NCBI GenBank assembly: GCA_963850305.1
Contig: CAWKKR010000008.1
Location: 224,001-288,000 of the forward strand
Reading direction: 5' to 3'
DNA: 64,000 nt
From: an uncultured delta proteobacterium
GTDB lineage: Bacteria > Myxococcota_A > Polyangia > Polyangiales > Polyangiaceae
Below the pieces are notes generated by a model. It made no database searches. It had not been told where the DNA came from and saw only the letters and a list, made by a program, of their open reading frames with translations. Made by a program: the position numbers and the translations under genes. Below are positions 27,288-37,618 of the stretch, piece after piece (the stretch's first letter is position 1; each line of letters starts with the position of its first letter).

Positions 27288-27602
27288 TTAGACGTCCATG
27301 TCGACGTTGCCCTTGAACGAGGCACCGTCTGCGATGGTCAGCCGCGACGCCTTCACGTCGCCGATGAGGCGCCCGCCCGCCTGGATGTCCACCCTTTCGT
27401 TCGCCGTGACGTTGCCCGTCACGTGGCCCGCGATGCTCAGCGACGCCGCCCGGATGTCGGCTTCGACCACACCACCAGCGCCCACGGAAACGGCGTCCTG
27501 ACTCGTCAGGGTGCCGCGCACGGTCCCGTGCACGACGACCTCTTCCTGGCTCGTCACTTCGCCCTCGATGGAGAGCCCTTCGCCAATCACGGTGCCTGCC
27601 AT
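27288..27602 (-). CDS. Bactofilin (short, BacN/O-like)
   Basis: TVIGEGLSIEGEV...IADGASFKGNVDMDV. Confidence 0.92.
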   Translation of the reverse strand: MAGTVIGEGLSIEGEVTSQEEVVVHGTVRGTLTSQDAVSVGAGGVVEADIRAASLSIAGHVTGNVTANERVDIQAGGRLIGDVKASRLTIADGASFKGNVDMDV

Positions 27603-27719
27603 TCGAATGCCTTTCCGAGGCGCGAGACGCTAGTACAGCCGGCCGTGGCTGTCACCGGTTGGTGTGAATTCCTCTCCATACACCTTTATCCCGCTCTTCC
27701 AGCTCGTCCGCTCACGTCC

Positions 27720-27926
27720 TCCGCGCAAGTTCGAGGATGCCCACCCCCGCGCGGCTTCGCCGCGCGCCCCTCCCCGACGTCGTCCTCGGCTCCGCCTGCG
27801 GGCGCCCTGGGAGGGGAGAAACCCACGACCGCTGGGACGCGGTTTTCCGCGCCGCAGCTCGCGGGAGATCAACCCTCGATCCGGAGGCGCTCACCTGGCC
27901 CCGCAAGGAGGCAAGACTTGCGCGGA
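27720..27926. repeat. Structured intergenic element bounded by 11-bp inverted repeats (MITE/REP-like or ncRNA)
   Basis: TCCGCGCAAGT (27720-27730) and ACTTGCGCGGA (27916-27926), with nested hairpins. Confidence 0.55.
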
Positions 27927-28106
27927 TCCATTGCTTCCCCCATCGCGGTCGCTCCCGAACGCGTTCAGCGGGTGAACCATATTGTTTGAAGTGCAAGTAT
28001 CGTTCTGTTTCTGCAAGCAGACTTTTCGGTTTCCGGGGATGCGCGTTGGGCATATACCGACAGCTCGCGTGCGAATTTCGGCTCAGCTGAGAGAAAGGTC
28101 ACGACG

Positions 28107-28673
28107 ATGAAGATGAAGACTTCGATGAGCATCATGGCGGCCGCACTCGCGTCCGCCGCCGTCTGCGCGCCCGCATGGGCGGATCGGCACGACGACCATC
28201 ATGAGCATGGTGAGAAGGACCGAGGGGGCGACATGCACGAGCACGGACCCGGCGACATGCACGAGCACGGACCCGGCGACATGCACGGGCACGGACCCGG
28301 CGACATGCACCCGGGAGAAATGGCGCCCAACGGAGCAAGCCCGGCCGATCGCTGGCAGAAGGAAGAAGAAGGGCGTCGCGAGGCTCGTGAAACGGCGATG
28401 AAGGACAAGGAGCACTGGGACACGGGCCGTCCGGAGCGGGCCATGGCACACCGCGCCGCGATCGAGCAGACCTGGGGCGAGACGCTCAGGTCTCCCGAAG
28501 CGAAGGCCGAGCTCTCGCTGCACGCGGACAGGATGGCTCGACTGAACCGCGTTCTCGACCTGTCCGTTTCGAACGCCGCGCTGCATGAGCGCGCCAAGAA
28601 GGACCTGGACGAAGAGATCGCGCGCGACGCAAAAGTTCTCGAAGGGTTTCGCAGCAGGGCAGGTGCACGATGA
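28107..28673 (+). CDS. Secreted His/Met-rich repeat protein with a helical C-terminus
   Basis: Signal peptide ending AWA; (GDMHEHGP)x3.5. Confidence 0.8.
   Translation: MKMKTSMSIMAAALASAAVCAPAWADRHDDHHEHGEKDRGGDMHEHGPGDMHEHGPGDMHGHGPGDMHPGEMAPNGASPADRWQKEEEGRREARETAMKDKEHWDTGRPERAMAHRAAIEQTWGETLRSPEAKAELSLHADRMARLNRVLDLSVSNAALHERAKKDLDEEIARDAKVLEGFRSRAGAR
28227..28310 (+). repeat. 24-bp in-frame tandem repeat, 3.5 copies
   Basis: GGCGACATGCACGAGCACGGACCC units at 28227, 28251, 28275 (one substitution) and a partial at 28299. Confidence 0.93.
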
Positions 28674-28948
28674 AAACGTTGATGGCAATCGGACTCGCAA
28701 GCGTTCTCCTGGTGGGCTGCAAGAAAGAAGAGAAGGCCGAGGCGGCCCCCGCCGCGAGCGCCGTGCAGACGCCGCCCCCGGCGCCGAAAGCGCCGCCCGC
28801 GCCCGTAGCTGCGGCAGCTCCCGCGCCGTCCGCCGCCGATTCCGCGGTCCCGGTCGAGGAAGACTTCGAACAGAAGGCGACGGCGTCCATCACGGCCTCG
28901 AACGCGGAGCAGGAACTGAAGAAGGTGGAAGCCGAGATCGGTCACTGA
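28670..28948 (+). CDS. Small lipoprotein
   Basis: LLVGC lipobox; ATGA overlap with the upstream gene. Confidence 0.8.
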   Translation: MKTLMAIGLASVLLVGCKKEEKAEAAPAASAVQTPPPAPKAPPAPVAAAAPAPSAADSAVPVEEDFEQKATASITASNAEQELKKVEAEIGH

Positions 28949-29038
28949 GCAGCGGGCCCGCGTCCGTACCTGGATCCGAGAGCCCGTGGGGCAAAGCCCG
29001 ACGGGCCTCGGTCATTCGGGCTCGAGTTCTGATCCGCG

Positions 29039-29800
29039 TCAGCGTGCGCCGAGCGCCGCGAGGATCTCTTTCGAGCGCAGCACGCTCGTGTAAAGGCCGC
29101 GCGCGTAGAGCCTCTCGCGTTCCTCTTGCGACAGATCGCCGGGGCGCCCGAGCGTCGCGGCGCGCAGGAGAATCGCCGCGGACACGCTCAGATTGAGGCT
29201 CTCGACGAACCCGCGCATCGGGACGCGGACCGTGCGCGTCGCAGCGCGCTCGAGGTCGTCGCGAATGCCGTCCCGCTCGTTACCGAGCACGAGCGCGAGC
29301 CGCTCGATGCCGGCGAGGTCTTCAGGAGCGAGCGTGCCGTCGGGGTGCGTCGCAACGAGCTCGAAGCCCTCGTCGCGAAGCCGCGCCACGGCGGCGCTCG
29401 CCGTCGCGTGGAGGATCACGTCGACCCACTTTTCGCTGCCGCGCGTGACCGTCGTCGAGATCGCGAACGACTCCACGCGCGGCACGACGTGGAGTCGCTG
29501 CACGCCGAACGCCTCGCACGAGCGCAGCACCGCGCCGCCATTGTGTGGGTCGTGCGGCGCGTCCATGAGGACCGTCACGCTCCCCACGCGCTGGTCGACG
29601 ACGTCGCGGACGCGCCGGCTGCGGGCGGGCGTCACGTGAGCTTCGAGGGCCTCCGCGACGCCGCGCGGCGTCCACGGCACGGGCCATGGCTCCGTCGCCG
29701 CGTCCCGGGAAAGCGGGTGGACGACGTTCGGGCTCTTGCGGCGCACGCCCCGGAAATAGCCCAAAAGTCGCGTGCTAGACCGCATTTTGCGGAGGGGCAC
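29039..29800 (-). CDS. TrmH/SpoU family RNA methyltransferase (start uncertain)
   Basis: PHDPHNGGAVLRSCEAFG, LGNERDGI, PMRGFVESLNLSVSAA. Confidence 0.9.
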   Translation of the reverse strand: MPLRKMRSSTRLLGYFRGVRRKSPNVVHPLSRDAATEPWPVPWTPRGVAEALEAHVTPARSRRVRDVVDQRVGSVTVLMDAPHDPHNGGAVLRSCEAFGVQRLHVVPRVESFAISTTVTRGSEKWVDVILHATASAAVARLRDEGFELVATHPDGTLAPEDLAGIERLALVLGNERDGIRDDLERAATRTVRVPMRGFVESLNLSVSAAILLRAATLGRPGDLSQEERERLYARGLYTSVLRSKEILAALGAR

Positions 29801-29911
29801 CCGCCGGAACCGTTGCGGACGGTCGCCGGATGATTAAGAAATGGGGACTTCGGCATCGGGCCGAGGTCCGGTTTGGCGGCAAAGAGAGTCGCCGCAAGCG
29901 AGCAAGAAGAA

Positions 29912-30235
29912 ATGGCATCAGCGAACGTCCGCGTCTTCAATGACCTGAACTTCGACTCCGACGTACTGAAGTCGTCAGAGCCCGTCCTCGTGGACTTCAC
30001 TGCGACGTGGTGCGGACCGTGCAAGGCGCTCGCGCCCATCGTCGATCAGGTGGCAGAGGAGCTCGTGGGCAAGGTGCGCGTCGGCAAGCTGGATATCGAC
30101 GACGCGCCCGTCACCGCCGGCAAGCTCGGCATCCGCGGCGTCCCGACGCTGATGGTGTTCAAGAACGGCGAGCGTGCGGCGCAGCTCGTCGGTCTCACGA
30201 CGAAGGCGAAGATCCTCGCCATGCTCCAGGGCTGA
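29912..30235 (+). CDS. trxA: Thioredoxin
   Basis: VLVDFTATWCGPCK, GIRGVPTL. Confidence 0.95.
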   Translation: MASANVRVFNDLNFDSDVLKSSEPVLVDFTATWCGPCKALAPIVDQVAEELVGKVRVGKLDIDDAPVTAGKLGIRGVPTLMVFKNGERAAQLVGLTTKAKILAMLQG

Positions 30236-30265
30236 GTATCGGCGACGCGCGAAAGCGCGATCCCA

Positions 30266-31447
30266 GTGACGAGCCAGGGCCCCACAGCGACCGGCGCCGA
30301 GCCACGGAGGGACGGGCGCAGCCGCGCCAGTAGGTTCAGGCGGATCATGGTCGTCGCGCACGCCGTGACGGCGCTGGCCCACGTCCCGTTTGCGATCGCC
30401 CTTTGCGCGTGGCTGCCCGCGTGGGGCGCCATCGGTGTGAGCGCGGTTCTCGTCGTCGCGACGAGCGTGCGCCTCAGATTCATGGTGAAGGACGGTCGCC
30501 GGGCGCTGCTCCTCACGCGGCTCGTGGACGAACCGTTACTCGCTCACTGGTGCGCGTGCGTGCTCGCGATGTTCCTCCTGCCGCTCTCGGCGTTCGTCTT
30601 CGCGAGCGCACGGCTCGTCGGACTGAGCCGCCTCACCTTCGTGCACGCGGAGGTCGTGAGTTACGGCTTTTCGCTGTTCGTGGCGTCGTGGGGTCTGTGG
30701 GTCCGCCGCAGGTTCATCCGCGTGTCGCACGTGGACATCGCCATTGCCGGGCTGTCGTCGCAATTCGACGGGTATCGCATCGCGCAGGTGTCCGACCTGC
30801 ACATCGGCAATCACGACCGGAAGGAGCGCGGGCTCGAGTGGGCCGCGCGCGTGAATCGACTGGAGCCCGATCTCGTGGCAGTCACGGGGGATCTCGTGAC
30901 GACCGGCTCCCACTTCTACGAGGACGCCGCGGACGTCATCGGGGCCCTTCGCGGCAAGGACGGCGTCTTCGTGTCGATGGGAAACCACGACCAGAAGGAC
31001 GCGGACGACTTCGCGCGCGCCATCGAAGCGCGCGGCCCGAGCGTGCTTCGGAACGGGTGGAGCGCCGTGCGTCGGGGCGACGCCGAGCTGGTCGTGGCCG
31101 GCATCGACGATCGTCTGACCGGCAAGGACGATCTCGGTCTTACGCTCGCCGGACGTCCGCCCGACTCGACGACGGTGCTCCTCTCGCACTACCCGGACTT
31201 CTTCCCGGATGCCGTGCGGCACGGTGTGGACCTCATGCTCGCCGGCCACACGCACGGCGGTCAGATCGCGGTGCCGTTCATTGCGCGGCGCGCGAGCCTG
31301 TCGCGACTGGCGGGGCAGGCCAGGGCCGGGCTCCACGTGAAAGACCGGACACGTCTCTACGTGAACGCGGGTCTCGGCACCACCGGACCGCCCGTTCGCG
31401 TCGGAGTCGCCCCCGAGATCGCGATGTTCGTCTTGCGTCGCGCTTGA
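30266..31447 (+). CDS. Membrane-anchored metallophosphoesterase (YkuE-like)
   Basis: SDLH, TGD, GNHD, LSH and GHTHGGQ motifs; N-terminal TMs. Confidence 0.92.
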   Translation: MTSQGPTATGAEPRRDGRSRASRFRRIMVVAHAVTALAHVPFAIALCAWLPAWGAIGVSAVLVVATSVRLRFMVKDGRRALLLTRLVDEPLLAHWCACVLAMFLLPLSAFVFASARLVGLSRLTFVHAEVVSYGFSLFVASWGLWVRRRFIRVSHVDIAIAGLSSQFDGYRIAQVSDLHIGNHDRKERGLEWAARVNRLEPDLVAVTGDLVTTGSHFYEDAADVIGALRGKDGVFVSMGNHDQKDADDFARAIEARGPSVLRNGWSAVRRGDAELVVAGIDDRLTGKDDLGLTLAGRPPDSTTVLLSHYPDFFPDAVRHGVDLMLAGHTHGGQIAVPFIARRASLSRLAGQARAGLHVKDRTRLYVNAGLGTTGPPVRVGVAPEIAMFVLRRA

Positions 31448-31504
31448 CGGCAGGTGCGGTACGCGAGCCCCTCCGGCGAAGCGAAGGTACTATCCTCGCA
31501 CATC

Positions 31505-34500
31505 ATGCGAGCGACCCTCGCGATCCCCGTTCTCGCCTGCATCGCGTGCGGCGGCGAGCCGGCACCGCGGCCGGTGCCGCGGCCGTCGCTGCTCGACACT
31601 GCCGCGCCTCCGATTGCGCCTTATCCGACGCCCGCGGCGTGGAAGTACCATCCGCGCGAGGTCGCGCCGATCCTCGCGCAGGTCACGCTGCCGGACGGGC
31701 GCGTGGTCTCGTGCGGCAAGCGAGGGGAACGATGGCTCGTGGACCCGGGGCGTGCCCTCGCCGAAACGGCGGCCGAGAACGCGCCGGAAGACCTCGTCGC
31801 GATGACGCGTTCCAGCGGGGCATGGCTGTTCCTGGGTCGCAGCGGCACCAGCTATGAAGCTCGCGAACCGCTGGGCCCGTTCGTGAGCTCGCGGGCTCCG
31901 CTCGAGCCTTTGGTGCGCCTGCGCGTCGAGGGCCCGATTCTGCTCGGAGTCCGCCGGGACGGCGCGCTCCTCCGCAGCGACGACGGCGGCGCGGCCTGGA
32001 CACGTGTCGCGAGGGACCAGGGGACCTTCGAGGACGTCGCGCTCCGTCCAGATGGGCGCGGGCTCGCCCTTTCCGTGCCGGAGGCGCTCTTCGAGACGCG
32101 CGACGCCGGCGCGACATTTCATCGACTGGACGTCGCCCCGTTCGGCGCCGAAGTGCTCGTCGAGGGCGATGCGGGGGAGTTGCTCGTCTGGACGCCCCTC
32201 GGAGCGCGTCGCTGGGATCCGGATTCGCAGACGCCGTTCCCGATGCTCGGACGGACCGCGCTGACGCGCGCAAGAACCCTCGGCGCGCCGATCCCGCTCG
32301 GGCCGTCGGCGGACGCGCTGGAGCAGGGGCGTGCCGTCCTCGTCAGGGACGCCTGGATCGAGCTGCGCCCGACACCGTCGCCGTTCGCGTGGGAGCTAGT
32401 CACGGGACCCTTCGGCGGGCACCTTTCGGCGAAGCCCGCGCTCGCGTTCGCGGGCTGCTCCGACGTTCGCATCGCGGGCTGGGAAGAGACCCTCTACGTC
32501 GCCTGCGCGCGGATGCGCGAAGCGAACATCACCCAGCCACTCGAGTTTCGTCGCAGCGTCGACGGCGGCAAGACCTGGACGACCGAGCCATACTTCGTCG
32601 AAGGACAGACCGAGGCGCTGCGCATGGCGGTCGGACCCCATGACGAGCTGATCGTGGCCGGCGTTTGCTCCACCGAAACGACCGGCGCCGGGTGCCGTCC
32701 GATGGGCATCCAGTTCAGGCGCGCGGTTCACACGGACGCGGGCGCGGCAACCGTCGCCCTCGTGCCAGCGGCGGCGCAGGACCTGGCCGGGACGGCCGAC
32801 GCGCTCGTGTTTTCGCTGGATGGACGCACAGCGTACGCCTTCGGCACGAGCTCGAAGAGCGACGTTTATACCGTGCTCGTATCGCACGACGGCGGCGCCT
32901 CCTTCGACGGACGCGACGTGCCGGCACTGCCCGCAGCGGGTTCCGAAGAGCTCCGCGGCAACGCCCCCGATCCGGTCGAATCGGCTGCAACCGCCGAAGA
33001 TGGCACGACCGCGTTCGTCCTGGACTCGCGCGGACGGCGTTCGTGGCTCGTCGTGGACGATGATGGGCGCGTCGTCTCTTTGTCGAGGCCGCCCGTCGAC
33101 GCGGCCCGCATCGGCGCGGCCGGTGGCCACGCGCTCGCCATCGATCCGACGTCCGAGGAAGCATGGGAGTCACTCGACGCCGGCGCGAGCTGGTCGCCGC
33201 TCGGCAAGCTCCCCATCGATCCGTGTCCGGAGGCGGGCGGCTGCGTCGCGCCACCCCAGTGCGTCTGGCGCGGCTGCGTCATCGGCGACGCCGCGTCGCG
33301 ACTCGGCTGGGGTTCGGCGCCGAGCGCGTTCGTCCTCCCACCTGGCGGCGCCGGCGCGCTTGGACGCGCCGTACCGCGCGTGGGCGTGACGTACGCGTGC
33401 GCGCTCGATCCGGGTGACTGGCGTCCGATACCGGGCGTCCTTTCGCCCCCCGAGGCCGATCACGCGGCGATGGGCGGGCTCGCGTGGATCGCCGAGGTCT
33501 CGGATCGGCGCACCGGCGCGGTGTCGGTCGTGCAGGCGCACGCGGGGCCACGGGTCGGGATCGACGAGGTTCCCCTGCTCGCGCCCGCGAACCGCGGCGA
33601 GGACGTCGCGTACACATCCTCCTCCCAGATCGAGGGGTTCGTCGCGCTCAGATACGCGGTGCCGGGCGCGCTTGGCTCTACGGGTTCCCGCGACGTCGAG
33701 CTCCGGCACATCGAGGTCGCATGGGACGATGTGCTCGCGGGCCGCGTGGGTCATGCGATCATCCCCGACGGCGGCGCCTTCCACGCCGGCGACTTCGACG
33801 GCGAGCGCGCCGGCGCGCGCCACGCCCATCCGGAGCTGCTGAGCATCGCGACGGGCGGCGTCTCGGTGCGCCCACACGTCGGGCTTGGCGACGATCAAGA
33901 CACGTTCTTCGTCGACGGGCGCACGGTGGAAACCTTGCCCCCCGTGCGCTGGCCGGACGAAGCCCTGCGTCACGGCCACGCGGACGTCGTGCACGTGGGT
34001 CGCACCATCGTACCCATCCGTCTCGACGGGACCGCCGCGATGCGCGCTCGACGCACCGGCGACGGCTTCGCCTTCGACGCCGCGGCGCTCGGGTTCGCGG
34101 ACCCGCAGGCGTTCGGCGTCGGGCAATACGCGAATGTCTCGTACGTCGGCGCGCGCTCGGGCTTTCTCGTGCTCATCGACGGCCCTTCGGGCGCCCGGGC
34201 GTACGTGCACCCGTTCCGCGCGGAGGGCGCCCTCTTCGACGAGCCGGTTCGCGTCCCGACCCAGTCGGATCTCCCGTCGTCCCCAAGACCCTGTTCGGCC
34301 AGCGAGGTGGCCACGACTCCGCGCGTCGTCGTGCCGTACGCGCCCGGGGCGCGCCACGCCGTCATCGTGACCGATCCCGTCGAGCCGCTCCGGATCCTTC
34401 TGACCGACGACGCGGTGCTTCACGGCACCTTCGATGCGCCCTGTCTCGCCGCCTACGACGCCGGCTTCGTCGCCTCGGAGGATTCCGCCGTCCCCGAACC

Positions 34501-34681
34501 AGTGCAGGCCATTCTTCCCGGCAACCCGCTCGACCGAGCGTACCTGTTTCGTGAGGCGCAAGGCGCGACGGACACGCTCGCGCGCGTCGAATACCGGACG
34601 ATGCTCTGCCATCCCGACACCGTCGCGAGCCCTCCGCCGGAGATCTTTCGGTCCCCTGGCACTCACGTTCCGCGGCCCTGA
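31505..34681 (+). CDS. Large lipoprotein with BNR/Asp-box repeats (beta-propeller)
   Basis: ACIAC lipobox; SDDGGAAW, TRDAGATF, SVDGGKTW, SHDGGASF, SLDAGASW. Confidence 0.8.
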   Translation: MRATLAIPVLACIACGGEPAPRPVPRPSLLDTAAPPIAPYPTPAAWKYHPREVAPILAQVTLPDGRVVSCGKRGERWLVDPGRALAETAAENAPEDLVAMTRSSGAWLFLGRSGTSYEAREPLGPFVSSRAPLEPLVRLRVEGPILLGVRRDGALLRSDDGGAAWTRVARDQGTFEDVALRPDGRGLALSVPEALFETRDAGATFHRLDVAPFGAEVLVEGDAGELLVWTPLGARRWDPDSQTPFPMLGRTALTRARTLGAPIPLGPSADALEQGRAVLVRDAWIELRPTPSPFAWELVTGPFGGHLSAKPALAFAGCSDVRIAGWEETLYVACARMREANITQPLEFRRSVDGGKTWTTEPYFVEGQTEALRMAVGPHDELIVAGVCSTETTGAGCRPMGIQFRRAVHTDAGAATVALVPAAAQDLAGTADALVFSLDGRTAYAFGTSSKSDVYTVLVSHDGGASFDGRDVPALPAAGSEELRGNAPDPVESAATAEDGTTAFVLDSRGRRSWLVVDDDGRVVSLSRPPVDAARIGAAGGHALAIDPTSEEAWESLDAGASWSPLGKLPIDPCPEAGGCVAPPQCVWRGCVIGDAASRLGWGSAPSAFVLPPGGAGALGRAVPRVGVTYACALDPGDWRPIPGVLSPPEADHAAMGGLAWIAEVSDRRTGAVSVVQAHAGPRVGIDEVPLLAPANRGEDVAYTSSSQIEGFVALRYAVPGALGSTGSRDVELRHIEVAWDDVLAGRVGHAIIPDGGAFHAGDFDGERAGARHAHPELLSIATGGVSVRPHVGLGDDQDTFFVDGRTVETLPPVRWPDEALRHGHADVVHVGRTIVPIRLDGTAAMRARRTGDGFAFDAAALGFADPQAFGVGQYANVSYVGARSGFLVLIDGPSGARAYVHPFRAEGALFDEPVRVPTQSDLPSSPRPCSASEVATTPRVVVPYAPGARHAVIVTDPVEPLRILLTDDAVLHGTFDAPCLAAYDAGFVASEDSAVPEPVQAILPGNPLDRAYLFREAQGATDTLARVEYRTMLCHPDTVASPPPEIFRSPGTHVPRP

Positions 34682-34777
34682 ATTGGCGGTAGGCCGAGAC
34701 GGCACGGGGGGGCAAGGCCTGACACGGGGCCCGCATGCGCATTTGTTTGGTGCCGGGCCCGGATTCGCTGAAGTATC

Positions 34778-36037
34778 GTGAGAACCTCCTTGATCGATAC
34801 CGTGCGCCCGTCCCTCCCGGCGCCGCCTGGCCAGCGCACGGGCATCGTCCTCTCCGGTGGCGGTGCGCGGGGCGCGTATCAGGTGGGTGTCGTCGCGGGG
34901 ATCATCGACGTGCTGAAGGACGTCGGGATCGAGCACGCCCCTTTCAACGTCCTCTGCGGCACATCGGTCGGCGCCATCAACGCGGGCTATCTCGCGTCGC
35001 ATGCGCAGCTCCCCGGGCTCGGTATCGACGGCCTCATGAACGCCTGGCGCTCGCTCCGCTTGAGCGACCATCTGCACGTCAACCTGCGCGGCATGGTCGG
35101 TGCGTGGGCGTCGGCGAGGGCGGTTCACGGGGGAGGACCATTCTCGCAACGCGAAGTTCCGGCGCGCGCCTTGCTCGACTCACTGCCGCTCTCGGAGCTC
35201 GTCAGCAATCAGGTCGCGTTCGACGACCTTCACCGGAACGTGGACGCCGGCATCGTGCACGCGCTCGTCATCACCGCGCTCGAGATCTCGTCGGGCCGCA
35301 CGACGCAATTCATCGAAGCGCCGCCGTACGTCTCGTTCCCGCCGTCGAAGGACCTGCGCAGGAACGTGCGCCGAGAACGCATCGGGCTCCAGCACATCCT
35401 CGCGTCTGCGGCGTTGCCCTTCGTGTTCCCGCCCCGGCGCATTCACGGCGAGGCTTACTGCGACGGTGGCGTGCGTTTCAATACGCCGATCGCGCCGGCG
35501 ATCCGCGCAGGTGCGGACCGATTGGTCGTCATCTCGCTCCTGTCCGAGGCGCCGCAAGGCGAGATCCAGGAGATCCCGATCGAGGTCCGCGAAGCGTCGT
35601 ACAAGAACCCGGTCTTCCTGCTCGGCAAAGTGCTGAACGCGCTCCTCCTCGATCCGACGCACTACGATCTTCAGGTGCTCGAGCGCTTCAATCAGGTCAT
35701 CGAGACTCTGCAACGGGTCCTGACGCCGGAGCAGCTTTCCGCGTTCCATCGCGTCGTGCAGCAACACCGCAACATGACGTACCGCAAGCTGAAGACCCTC
35801 GTCTTCCGCCCCTCGCGTGACATCGGCGAAATCGCGCTCGAATATGCACGCGGCATCAAGCCCGAGGGCATCGGTCCACGCATTCTGCATCGCCTCGCGA
35901 GTCAAAAATCCGTCTGGCAGTCCGATCTGATTTCCTTCATGTGCTTCGACGGCGCGTTCGCGGATCTATTGATCCAGCTCGGCCGTCACGAGGCTGCGGG
36001 CCGCGCGCAAGAGATCCGGGACTTCTTCGACGTGTAG
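34778..36037 (+). CDS. Patatin-like phospholipase
   Basis: LSGGGARGAY, GTSVG, DGG. Confidence 0.92.
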   Translation: MRTSLIDTVRPSLPAPPGQRTGIVLSGGGARGAYQVGVVAGIIDVLKDVGIEHAPFNVLCGTSVGAINAGYLASHAQLPGLGIDGLMNAWRSLRLSDHLHVNLRGMVGAWASARAVHGGGPFSQREVPARALLDSLPLSELVSNQVAFDDLHRNVDAGIVHALVITALEISSGRTTQFIEAPPYVSFPPSKDLRRNVRRERIGLQHILASAALPFVFPPRRIHGEAYCDGGVRFNTPIAPAIRAGADRLVVISLLSEAPQGEIQEIPIEVREASYKNPVFLLGKVLNALLLDPTHYDLQVLERFNQVIETLQRVLTPEQLSAFHRVVQQHRNMTYRKLKTLVFRPSRDIGEIALEYARGIKPEGIGPRILHRLASQKSVWQSDLISFMCFDGAFADLLIQLGRHEAAGRAQEIRDFFDV

Positions 36038-36319
36038 GCGGGCGCGTCTCGCCCTCAGTGGGCGCGTCCCGAGCACGGAGGTCGCGCACGTACGACCGCT
36101 CCCGACCGTCGGGGCCGACCACAAACCCCTCGTGCTTTCCCGTGACTCTCGCTCTGGCCTCGTTCCCGCGACGCGCGGGCGCGGCTGCAGCTCGCGGTAC
36201 GGGCGCGCTGCCTGGCCCATCGGCGCTGCGCGTCTCTGGCCGCGCTCGTTTCAGCGGGGCGGCCCAGACAATCACTCGGTCGGTGGAGGCGGGGCGCGAA
36301 AAGCGGTATGGGGCCGCGC

Positions 36320-37618
36320 ATGATCCCTCGCTACACGCCTGCCGAGTTCGAGAAGCTCTGGTCCGATGCGGCCCGCTTCGCCGTGTGGCTCGAGGTCGAG
36401 CTGGCCGGTTGCGAGGCGATGGAGGCCGAGGGGCTCGTTCCAGCGGGCACGGCGGCGAGCATCCGTGCGAAGAACCTGCAGCTCGACGCGGACGCGATCC
36501 TCGAGATCGAGAAGACGACGAAGCACGACGTCATCGCGTTCCTGACGCATGTCGAGGCGCTCGCGGGCGAGCCGGCACGCTGGCTCCACCGCGGGATGAC
36601 GTCGAGCGACGTGCTCGACACGAGCTTCGCGATGCTGCTCGTGCGCGCCACGGACGCGCTCCTCGTGCGCACGGATCGGCTGATCGCGGCCCTGACGGCG
36701 CGCGCGAGAGAGCACGCGCACACGTCGATGATCGGGCGATCGCACGGGATCCACGCGGAACCGGTGACGTTCGGCGTCGTGCTCGCGGGGCACCTTGCGG
36801 AGGTGAAGCGCGGGCGCAAAAGGCTCGAGGTCGCGCGACGCGAGATCGCGGTGGGTAAAATCGCCGGCGCGGTCGGGACGTATGTGCATCTCGCGCCAGC
36901 CGTGGAGCGACGGGCGCTCGCCGCGCTCGGGCTCGAGCCGGAAACGGTGGCGACGCAGATCGTCGCGCGCGACCGGCACGCGGCGTTCTTCTCCGCACTC
37001 GCTCTCGTGGCCGCAGCGGTCGAGCGCCTGGCGACGAACACGCGTCACTGGCAGCGCAGCGAGGTAGGCGAAGCAGAGGAGAAATTCTCCAAGGGGCAGA
37101 AGGGCTCGAGCGCGATGCCGCACAAGCGCAATCCCGTACTGAGCGAGAACCTTTGCGGCCTCGCTCGCATCGTACGGAGCGCCGTGATCCCGGCGCTGGA
37201 GAACGTCGCTCTTTGGCATGAGCGCGACATCTCGCATTCGTCGGCGGAACGGATGATCGCACCGGACGCGACGGCGACGCTCGCGTTCATCCTCGAACGC
37301 GCGGCGACCGTCGTCGATGGACTCGTGGTCTATCCGGAGCGCATGCAGAAGAACCTGGACGCCTCGGGCGGCTTGTTCTTCAGCGAGGGCGTGATGCTTG
37401 CGCTCGTCGGCACGGGACTCCCGCGTCAGCGCGCGTACGAGCTCGTGCAGCGGAACGCGATGAAGGCGTTCCACGGCGAAGGCGATTTCCGTGAGCTGCT
37501 CGGCGCCGATCCGGACATTGCGGGCCGTCTCTCGTCACAGGAACTCGATCGCACGTTCGATCTCCGTCACGCGCTGCGATGGGCGGACGAGATGATCGAG
37601 CGCGCGATTCAGTCGTAA
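36320..37618 (+). CDS. purB: Adenylosuccinate lyase
   Basis: [34 protein letters not shown]. Confidence 0.96.
   Translation: MIPRYTPAEFEKLWSDAARFAVWLEVELAGCEAMEAEGLVPAGTAASIRAKNLQLDADAILEIEKTTKHDVIAFLTHVEALAGEPARWLHRGMTSSDVLDTSFAMLLVRATDALLVRTDRLIAALTARAREHAHTSMIGRSHGIHAEPVTFGVVLAGHLAEVKRGRKRLEVARREIAVGKIAGAVGTYVHLAPAVERRALAALGLEPETVATQIVARDRHAAFFSALALVAAAVERLATNTRHWQRSEVGEAEEKFSKGQKGSSAMPHKRNPVLSENLCGLARIVRSAVIPALENVALWHERDISHSSAERMIAPDATATLAFILERAATVVDGLVVYPERMQKNLDASGGLFFSEGVMLALVGTGLPRQRAYELVQRNAMKAFHGEGDFRELLGADPDIAGRLSSQELDRTFDLRHALRWADEMIERAIQS

Noticed and set aside
36038..36319. Possible purine riboswitch upstream of purB
   Set aside because: Only generic GC-rich hairpins; no recognisable aptamer consensus.
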